64,000 nt of DNA from Candidatus Bathyarchaeia archaeon (lineage in GTDB: Archaea > Thermoproteota > Bathyarchaeia > Bathyarchaeales > Bathycorpusculaceae): the NCBI GenBank assembly GCA_049521795.1, contig JBEKOM010000009.1:1-64000 (forward strand), given 5' to 3'. The position numbers were made by a program, and so were the translations under genes. The notes under the pieces were generated by a model, which worked only from the letters and a program-made list of their open reading frames with translations, was not told the origin of the DNA and did not search any database. Within the stretch, counting starts at the first letter, position 1, and each line of letters begins with the position of its first letter. Positions 57,028 through 64,000 of this stretch are shown here, in pieces.

Positions 57028-57464
57028 TAAGATGATTTACGTTTTTCCTCTGTTGATTCTCCTTCAGGCTTCGTCACTTGAAGCGTCAGCTTTTCTCCGC
57101 TGCGATTGTAGACAGCCACGTCTTCCTCGTTTCTGAAAGGGAACCCCGTGATCAAGAGGACCACGCCGAAGGAATGGTTCAGGTCAGCGTGTGAGGGCGT
57201 CACGTTCCCGGAAGGGTGACTGTGCGCTGTTCCCACGATAGAGAAGTCCATGGGCAGCATGTGAAGCGGAAGGCTTGAGAAACCCCGACCGTACCTGGCG
57301 AGCGGCGGAACGAGAAGATCACTTATTTCGATAGACTTCTTGCTTTTTCTTCCTCTGAGAAGCAAGATTGTTTCCCTAGGATATAGCCTCCTTGCACCCT
57401 CAAGAATTGCTTCAAGCAACTCTTTGTCTATGGAAATTATCAAACCCTCGTTCATGACCTTCAC
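57024..57464 (-). CDS. JAB/MPN+ (JAMM) metalloprotease
   Basis: 'YPRE' and 'HSHPSG...PSHAD' give a complete JAMM motif. Confidence 0.9.
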   Translation of the reverse strand: MKVMNEGLIISIDKELLEAILEGARRLYPRETILLLRGRKSKKSIEISDLLVPPLARYGRGFSSLPLHMLPMDFSIVGTAHSHPSGNVTPSHADLNHSFGVVLLITGFPFRNEEDVAVYNRSGEKLTLQVTKPEGESTEEKRKSSY

Positions 57465-57563
57465 ATGCTCCTAAATCTATGACCACGTTGCGCCTAGAGT
57501 GGAACGTTGGCTCTGGTTGCCTTGGCGAAGCGGCGTGTCTCTGATCCAAGCGCAGGTAGCATT

Positions 57564-57833
57564 TTATTTCCTGGTTCCGCCGCAGTTTGGACACTTGTCT
57601 TCTGTCTCATCATAAAGATTTCCACAGTAGGGACACCTGATCTTGACTACTTCCCTTGTTATTTCTCTCTCTTTAACCGGCGACTGGTTCTCAGACGTTC
57701 CCGGCCACATGTTCCCACTTGACCTCATAGCCCTCACGATTGTCAGAATAATGGAGACCGCAACAACTATGAAGAAAAGCACGAAAAACATTCCAAACAT
57801 CGGGTCTGGAAACATCGGAAACGTCACATTCAC
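57564..57833 (-). CDS. Small membrane-anchored zinc-ribbon protein
   Basis: One TM helix, then 'REVVKIRCPYCG...CPNCGG'. Confidence 0.8.
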   Translation of the reverse strand: MNVTFPMFPDPMFGMFFVLFFIVVAVSIILTIVRAMRSSGNMWPGTSENQSPVKEREITREVVKIRCPYCGNLYDETEDKCPNCGGTRK

Positions 57834-58002
57834 CGTTTACTAGACTGAGACACGCATATTTAAAAGTAGTTTGAACCCCCGCACTAATAGAAAAAGAGAT
57901 ACCAAACTGGCTGATCTAGCGCGGCGCCATGAAATGTGACTCCGACTCTTTGCTCAGCACTTCGTTCTGCCTACGGAAACCGCTCTCCGAAGCAGCTAAT
58001 CG

Positions 58003-58743
58003 CTATTCTTCTCTCCACTTGCTCTTGAGAGCAACCAAAAGCAAAGAGACCACGGTTGTTATGATTAGAACGAGCCAGCGAAGCAGGGCTATTTCAGACG
58101 TTAAGGACGAAATACCTGCGTAAGACTTTATCAAACCTGCAGCATTCGAAGTTGGAAAAATGATTGCTAACCACTGGAAACTCCCCCAAAGCTGCTCAGA
58201 ATAGAAAACCGGCGGCAGGAAAATGAACAGTATTCCAAGAATGTTGGACACATTGTTCACCGTGTTCACGTTCGCGTTCCTCAGATAAGTCGACATGACG
58301 AACCCGATGCTGCTCAAAGCGGCCCAGCACAGGAACACCGAGGCTACAACCCAGCCCAACGACATAAGAGGAAGGATCCCAAAAACAGTGGAGATCACTA
58401 TGAAGATTATGAAACCGGGAGACGCGTACAACAGCTTGGACAAGGCCACACCGAAGGAGTAGGAAAGAGGGTCAACAGGCATGGCCACGATCATCTCTCT
58501 TATTTTCACGTACCGGTCCCAAGTAATGTCCTGCACCGCCGAGGCCAAACCGATAAAACCGATGGAACCGACCATTCCGCCCACGAGGGCATAGATGATT
58601 TGTCCCCCGAAGACGTAGGTGAAGAACATCGGAATAAAGCTCAAGAAGGTTATGATGATCAACGTCAACGGCTGTCTCTTGATGTCCGGAATGGCCTTCA
58701 TCGTTGCTATGATGTAGACGTCTTTCAAGGGTTTAAGGTTCAA
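58003..58743 (-). CDS. ABC-2 type permease
   Basis: Six TM segments, 'LPPVFYS', 'FPTSNA'; TTG 58743 overlaps the ATPase end. Confidence 0.88.
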   Translation of the reverse strand: MNLKPLKDVYIIATMKAIPDIKRQPLTLIIITFLSFIPMFFTYVFGGQIIYALVGGMVGSIGFIGLASAVQDITWDRYVKIREMIVAMPVDPLSYSFGVALSKLLYASPGFIIFIVISTVFGILPLMSLGWVVASVFLCWAALSSIGFVMSTYLRNANVNTVNNVSNILGILFIFLPPVFYSEQLWGSFQWLAIIFPTSNAAGLIKSYAGISSLTSEIALLRWLVLIITTVVSLLLVALKSKWREE

Positions 58744-59650
58744 ACTGTTCCCCTCCGACAAGCTCAACAAAAACGTCTTCAAGCGTGGTCGGCGCGATCT
58801 CAGCCTTCAACCCCCTCTTCAGCGCCGCCTTCGCAAGATCCAAAGCCTCATCCTCAGCCTTGAAGTAGCAGATTTGCCTGCTGCCAAACTTCGCAGTACG
58901 ACAAACCACCTTCAGAGCGGAAATGTCCTCCAGCTTGCCTTCCACGACAACGCGATACTTCTCCTGTGCCAAACCCCTTATCTCCTGAGGGCTTCCCTCA
59001 GCAACGACCATTCCCTTGTTAATAACAGCAAGCCTGTCGGACAGCATTTCGGCTTCCTCCATGATGTGAGTCGTCAACAAGATAGACCTTCCCTGTCCAA
59101 CCATTTCCCTGAGTACCGCCCACACCTTTCTTCTTGCTACTGCATCCAACCCGCTCGTCGGCTCATCAAGCATCAGAAGGTCAGCATCAGAACACAGCAC
59201 AGAAGCTATCACTGCACGCTTCCTCTCCCCGCCGGAAAGGCTCGTACACTGCCGGTTTCTCAGACTCCATAAGTCAACAGCTTTCAAAGCCTTCTCGCCG
59301 TTTCTCTGCACCTCATTCCTTGACATGCCACGCAACATCGAGAAGTAATAGCAGTACTCCCAAGGAGTAAAACTGCCATAGGTCTGAACGTCCTGCGGAA
59401 CAACAGCAATGTGCCTGCGCACATCCTTCGGCTCCGTCGTCACGTTAAGCTGAAAAACATACGCTTCCCCGCTGGTCAGCAGAAGCTGCGTAGCAATTAT
59501 CCTCAAAAAAGTAGTCTTCCCTGCACCGTTCGGCCCCAAGAGAGTAAAAAGCTCACCCTTCTTTACAGAGAGACTTACCCCTTTTAGAGCCTCAACAGTC
59601 TCTTTGCCCTTGTAAACCTTGACCAGGTCAACAGTTTTCACGGCTTCCAT
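58733..59650 (-). CDS. ABC transporter ATP-binding protein
   Basis: 'GPNGAGKT', 'LSGGE', 'LDEPTSGLD', 'TTH', 'TLEDVF'; start ATG 59650. Confidence 0.95.
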   Translation of the reverse strand: MEAVKTVDLVKVYKGKETVEALKGVSLSVKKGELFTLLGPNGAGKTTFLRIIATQLLLTSGEAYVFQLNVTTEPKDVRRHIAVVPQDVQTYGSFTPWEYCYYFSMLRGMSRNEVQRNGEKALKAVDLWSLRNRQCTSLSGGERKRAVIASVLCSDADLLMLDEPTSGLDAVARRKVWAVLREMVGQGRSILLTTHIMEEAEMLSDRLAVINKGMVVAEGSPQEIRGLAQEKYRVVVEGKLEDISALKVVCRTAKFGSRQICYFKAEDEALDLAKAALKRGLKAEIAPTTLEDVFVELVGGEQFEP

Positions 59651-59974
59651 CACTTTATGCTCCTTCAAGCATGCTGAACCAGCGTAAATGACAGTTCTCA
59701 AGCAAAGAGAAGCTGACAACCTACAGCTTCGTTTCCCATTCATAAAGGCCAGATATAAGAGTTGCCATAAAAACAGAAAACAAAACGAACGCAGGCTGAA
59801 CCACGGTCCCTCACGAAAAACAGCCGTGCAAAACAGTACCCATCAGCGTAGTTTGTGGCTTCCAAGGTTCCAAGCCCTGTTCTTCCTCTCTCTGACTCTA
59901 GAATACCTGTCAGACTGCAAAGGACAGCACCTGATGAAATCAAAACGTAATTAAGAGCAGTATGAGCTTCAGTC

Positions 59975-60817
59975 TTGGCGGATGTTAACTTGACTGGCTG
60001 GCGCCTGCTAGAACTTGAAACTAATGACGCCTTCATGAACATGGCTATGGACGAAGCTATTCTAAGAGCGAGAGTTCAAAGCGTAGTCCCGAACACTCTG
60101 AGATTCTTTCGCTGGAAACCCTCCGCTGTTTCTGTTGGAAGATTCCAAAACATAGAGAAAGAAGTTCAACTGGACAACTGTAGAAAACACAACGTTGATG
60201 TCGTAAGACGGATAACAGGCGGAGGCACGGTTTACCATGACGCTCAAGACGAGATCACGTACAGCGTGATCGCCAGAAAAGAGGACTTGGGAGCTGAAGA
60301 AATAACCACAGTTTACTCGAGAATCTACGCTGGCCTAGCTGAAACACTCCGAATACTTGGCATTCACGCAGATTTCAATCAAGGCACTGCAAAAGCCTGC
60401 CCCAACTTAACGGTCAACGGAAAGAAAATCTCTGGAAGCGCTCAGGCTCACAGAAGCGGGGTCTTTCTGCAGCACGGGACGCTTCTCTCTGAGGTCAACT
60501 TGGAAAGGATGTTCACTTTCCTCCGCGTTCCCTGGGCCCAAACACGTATGCAAATCGTGAGCATTGCAGGGAATAGAATCACTTCAATAAACGCTCAACT
60601 TGGAAAAACTGTTTCAGCAGAAGAAGTCAACGATGCTCTGGTTAGGGGCTTCGAAAAAGCCTTAGACATCAGACTCACGAGGGGAGAGCTAACCGCGGGT
60701 GAGCTGGAGCTTTCTAAACATCTTTGCCAAGAAAAATACGCTACTGACGACTGGAACTTTCAAGGCAGAACCAACGATCAGAAGCAAAAAGACTTTGCAA
60801 GACGCGTGTTGCATTAA
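59975..60817 (+). CDS. lplA: Lipoate-protein ligase A (catalytic domain)
   Basis: 'NMAMDEA', 'RRITGGGTVYHD', 'KKISGSAQ', 'LQHGTL', 'YATDDWN'. Confidence 0.92.
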   Translation: MADVNLTGWRLLELETNDAFMNMAMDEAILRARVQSVVPNTLRFFRWKPSAVSVGRFQNIEKEVQLDNCRKHNVDVVRRITGGGTVYHDAQDEITYSVIARKEDLGAEEITTVYSRIYAGLAETLRILGIHADFNQGTAKACPNLTVNGKKISGSAQAHRSGVFLQHGTLLSEVNLERMFTFLRVPWAQTRMQIVSIAGNRITSINAQLGKTVSAEEVNDALVRGFEKALDIRLTRGELTAGELELSKHLCQEKYATDDWNFQGRTNDQKQKDFARRVLH

Positions 60818-60853
60818 GACAGGTGAAAACAAAGTCAACTGTTGTCGTGGCGA

Positions 60854-61399
60854 TCAATGCTTGCAACTGACGTTCAGAGTCTTCGCAAGCCTTTTAAGAT
60901 CTTCAACGCTCATCCACTCTGTTTTTAGGTATTCGCAGATTCTCTCATCACTCAATCCCATTCTCCTTGCCTCCTTGACCGCAACGCGATAGGCTTCAAC
61001 CTCAGTTGGCCTCGCAGTGTAGCTGTAATGAGAGTCGAAAAGCTCCTTGCCTTCCATGAACTGTTTCACGTGAACGAGCTCGTGTATGAGGTCAAGGTAA
61101 ATGTCAACTCTGTCGCCTTGGTTAAGGTATTTGGAGCTTACCATGAGGCGCCCGTCTACGCCGTTGACCCACATGTAGCCACCTACCCAGGTCAAGTCGA
61201 CCTTGAGATCGCGCAGAACGTCATCTGTCCTTTCTCCAAAGATCTCCCTGACAGCCTTCACTCTCTCCATGCACTTGAAGTAATCCGTGAACCTGTGCGT
61301 TGACGTGCTCAACCGGAGCGCGTGCGCTAGTATCCTATCGGTGCGGAGCACCGTGAAAATGCGAAACACGTTGAACATCAGTCGCTCGCGCCAGTCCAT
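60854..61399 (-). CDS. Putative zinc metallopeptidase-like protein
   Basis: 'LIHELVHVKQ' HExxH plus downstream 'EVEAY'; start placed at ATG 61399. Confidence 0.7.
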   Translation of the reverse strand: MDWRERLMFNVFRIFTVLRTDRILAHALRLSTSTHRFTDYFKCMERVKAVREIFGERTDDVLRDLKVDLTWVGGYMWVNGVDGRLMVSSKYLNQGDRVDIYLDLIHELVHVKQFMEGKELFDSHYSYTARPTEVEAYRVAVKEARRMGLSDERICEYLKTEWMSVEDLKRLAKTLNVSCKH

Positions 61400-61454
61400 G
61401 ATTGCCGTACACCCTTCTTCGTTTGAGGAAGTTCTAAACAAAAGAACTGCTCAG

Positions 61455-62894
61455 CTAGTGCTTCTCAAGTCTCCATTTAACGCCTTGAGACGTGTCCTCT
61501 ATTATCACGCCCATGGCCTTAAGCTGCATTCTAATCTGGTCGGCTGTCTTCCAGTCTTTGGCCTTTCTGGCCTGCTCTCTCTTCTGGACAAGTTCTTCAG
61601 CTTCTTTCGAGAGCTTCGTTTCCTTCTCGACTTCACCGATCACACCGAGAACCGCGTCGAAACTATTCATCAGACTCCGGACTTGCATTGCTTCTTCTTT
61701 GCTGAGCAGGTTGCCGTCCAGAAGGACGTTGACTTCCCTCACGAAATCAAAAAGTGCAGCCAGGGCCTCGCTTATGCCCAAGTCGTCATCCATTGCTCCG
61801 GTGAAGTCTTTTTCCACGCGTTCCATGAGCAGTTTTACTTTCTCTCCGGAACCTTTTCCATTCGAATCTCTGAGTCGGTACATGAAATTGGTCAGGCGTT
61901 CAATTGCTCCTTTCGCAGCCTCGAGCCCTTCGAGAGTGAAATTGAATTGTTGTCTGTAGTGAGTTGCCAGTAGCAGATAACGAACGGCCTTCGCGTCATA
62001 ACCCTTCTTCATTAAGTCGCTCAGCGTGTAATAGTTGTGGAAGCTCTTGGCCATTCGCTTTCCTTCGGACAGCAACCACTCGTTGTGAAGCCAGTAATTC
62101 ACGAACTTCTTTCCCGTGGCCGCTTCGCTCTGGGCAATCTCGTTTTCGTGGTGCGGAAACAGGTTGTCCACGCCGCCGCAGTGAATGTCTAAGGTTTCGC
62201 CTAAGTATTTCATCGACATCGCCGAGCACTCGATGTGCCATCCGGGTCTTCCCTTGCCAACCTCTGTCTCCCAGAAAACGGGGCCGTCCTGTTCGTCCCA
62301 GGCTTTCCAGAGGGCAAAATCGCGGGCTTCCTCTTTCGCATATTCGTCGGCTTTCACTCTGGCGCCGACCTTGAGCTCTTCAATCTTGATTCTTGCGAGC
62401 CTGCCGTAGTCCTTAAACTTTGAAATCTCATAATAGACTGAGCCATCCTTGCCTCGGTATGCATAGCCTTTCTCGAACAGTTTCTTGATTAGGGAGACCA
62501 TTTCAGGAATGTGTTCTGTGGCTCTTGGGTAGTACTCTGCTTTTTGAATGTTTAGTCTTGTTACGTCTTCAAAGAAGGCCTTTACGTACCGTTCCGTGTA
62601 CTCGTTAAGCGGTATGCCCTCTTCTTGTGAACCTTTAATGGTTTTGTCGTCCACATCCGTCAGGTTCATGACCTGGGTGACCTTGAACCCGCGGTATTCG
62701 AGCCACCTCCTTAGGAGGTCTTCGAAGAGGAAGGCTCTGAAGTTTCCTATGTGACTGTAGTCATAAACTGTGGGCCCGCAGGTGTACATCTTAACTTTTC
62801 CTCCTTCTATCGGGACGAACTTCTCCTTTGTGCGCGTCAGAGTGTTGAAAAGACGCAGGTTTTCAGCTTCTGATGCTTTCATGAGTTTTCCCAT
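61455..62894 (-). CDS. cysS: Cysteine-tRNA ligase
   Basis: 'CGPTVYD..HIGN', 'DVDDK', 'DFALWK', 'GRPGWHIECS', 'FPHHENE', KMSKS-like 'RMAKS'. Confidence 0.97.
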   Translation of the reverse strand: MGKLMKASEAENLRLFNTLTRTKEKFVPIEGGKVKMYTCGPTVYDYSHIGNFRAFLFEDLLRRWLEYRGFKVTQVMNLTDVDDKTIKGSQEEGIPLNEYTERYVKAFFEDVTRLNIQKAEYYPRATEHIPEMVSLIKKLFEKGYAYRGKDGSVYYEISKFKDYGRLARIKIEELKVGARVKADEYAKEEARDFALWKAWDEQDGPVFWETEVGKGRPGWHIECSAMSMKYLGETLDIHCGGVDNLFPHHENEIAQSEAATGKKFVNYWLHNEWLLSEGKRMAKSFHNYYTLSDLMKKGYDAKAVRYLLLATHYRQQFNFTLEGLEAAKGAIERLTNFMYRLRDSNGKGSGEKVKLLMERVEKDFTGAMDDDLGISEALAALFDFVREVNVLLDGNLLSKEEAMQVRSLMNSFDAVLGVIGEVEKETKLSKEAEELVQKREQARKAKDWKTADQIRMQLKAMGVIIEDTSQGVKWRLEKH

Positions 62895-63019
62895 AGAACT
62901 AGCGATGGAACATATTTAAGCATTTTAGATTTAAGCCGACGTGCCATAGTCATGAAACACTGAAGGAGCTTTGAGCAACCGATATATGCAGTGTAAATAA
63001 TACATTTGGACTCGTCAAA

Positions 63020-64000
63020 ATGAACTGCTGGGCGGTGCATAAATTTAGGACGTTCAAAGTGGTCCATCTTCTTTTGATCATGGTCATCCTACTTTCAGCG
63101 GTACTTCTTACTTTCCGTTCGTTCTGCCAGTCTATTAGTGGGAATATATGGTACGTTCATGACACCATCGACCCATCATCGGACACGGTAAAATGGCGGG
63201 AAGAAGGAGCCATACAGCAGACGCCAGACTGGATAGCGGACGGAAGATGGTTTGAGATGTCAAAACGTGAAAGCCTGGTTAGTGCCAACGACATCTTCGT
63301 CTCCATGTATGAAAGCTTCAACTGGTCAGTTGTCAGTTCTGCGTACCTCTTGCCTTTTGCTTCATTCAACGAATTTGCTCAAAATCTTACCAGTAACCCG
63401 CTGTCGTGGCTGAACGACACTTGGTTGGTTGACACAGCGTGGTACGGAATATCAGCCAACACGACAAAGATACAATATTCCTACGACGAAGTTACATCGG
63501 AGGCCCAGCTGTGGACCTGGTTCCACATCACCCGCATCCCTGAGTACTTCGTAGGCGGCGAGAAACTAACGGGCTGGCTCACGGGCTTCGACTTGAGCCC
63601 CATCTCCACGGGAGACCTCAGAATCTACGAGTTCTCCGAGGACTCGAACGCAAACGGAACCGTGTATAGCGTTTACTTTGAGGCGCCGGCCAACATGCTC
63701 TCTCAACACGGCGACAATTTTACGCTGAGCATCGGAATCTCCCCATCTTACCGTGGCCAAGTTGTCGATATGCAACAGACCATCGACATCAACATGCCCG
63801 CAAACACTGAAGTGAAGGAGATGTCACCCGCCAGCCTCTCCGTCGCATCGAGCAACACTGCTTCGTTTGTCTTAACCAAGGACGACGTATACCCAGCATC
63901 GTTCTCAGTGGTGAGCGGCCCGCCAGCGAAACCGTTCGGTCAGGTCGTTTGGGAAAGCGCAAGTCTGTGGCTGGTCACGCCGGGTGGTTGGGCAGCGATC
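63020..64000 (+). CDS. Secreted or membrane-anchored hypothetical protein, truncated by the window end (not in ORF track)
   Basis: Frame open from ATG 63020 or GTG 63035 to 64000; hydrophobic signal 'VVHLLLIMVILLSAVLLTF', many N-x-S/T sequons, ends entering a TM-like 'LWLVTPGGWAAI'. Confidence 0.75.
   Translation, partial: MNCWAVHKFRTFKVVHLLLIMVILLSAVLLTFRSFCQSISGNIWYVHDTIDPSSDTVKWREEGAIQQTPDWIADGRWFEMSKRESLVSANDIFVSMYESFNWSVVSSAYLLPFASFNEFAQNLTSNPLSWLNDTWLVDTAWYGISANTTKIQYSYDEVTSEAQLWTWFHITRIPEYFVGGEKLTGWLTGFDLSPISTGDLRIYEFSEDSNANGTVYSVYFEAPANMLSQHGDNFTLSIGISPSYRGQVVDMQQTIDINMPANTEVKEMSPASLSVASSNTASFVLTKDDVYPASFSVVSGPPAKPFGQVVWESASLWLVTPGGWAAI

Noticed and set aside
61287-61973. 228-aa plus-strand ORF
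   Set aside because: Antisense to cysS and the HExxH gene, with no recognisable domain.
1-64000. CRISPR array, rRNA or intact transposase/integrase
   Set aside because: No regularly spaced repeat-spacer array, rRNA-like block or complete mobile-element gene was seen.

Overview
Archaeal chromosomal window. The gene set (Lrp regulators, diphthine synthase, aEF-1alpha, uS12/uS7, form III RuBisCO, short Xpf, PoK/PPS-type CoA pathway, LipS1/LipS2, CTP-dependent riboflavin kinase) looks most like a Bathyarchaeia-type genome; this is inference from family content, not from a search. Positions 1-6400 form an accessory-looking zone next to the 3' end of tRNA-Lys(CTT), with small regulators, tiny zinc-finger ORFs, an M48 peptidase, a HerA-like ATPase, three related pairs of direct repeats and about 15 intergenic (GC)n palindromes. 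The rest is mostly housekeeping and amino-acid/acyl-CoA catabolism, with a seven-gene CoA operon. The best candidate for an undescribed system is a tightly coupled three-gene operon (51407-54711, minus strand). It encodes a zinc-ribbon membrane protein, a surface-exposed membrane protein ending in a 10-Cys tail (SCVCACHACACACACVSCACACAGGGAR), and a PqqD/RRE-bearing radical SAM-SPASM enzyme. This suggests a RiPP-like maturase whose precursor is a membrane protein. Not in the ORF track: two tyrosine-integrase relics (about 13362-13631 and 51055-51340), a ~105-bp dispersed repeat present twice (9813-9919, 20509-20611), a 55-aa Cys-rich ORF, a probable ACG start codon and a partial secreted protein at the right edge. 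No CRISPR array or rRNA was seen. All calls come from motif recognition by eye.
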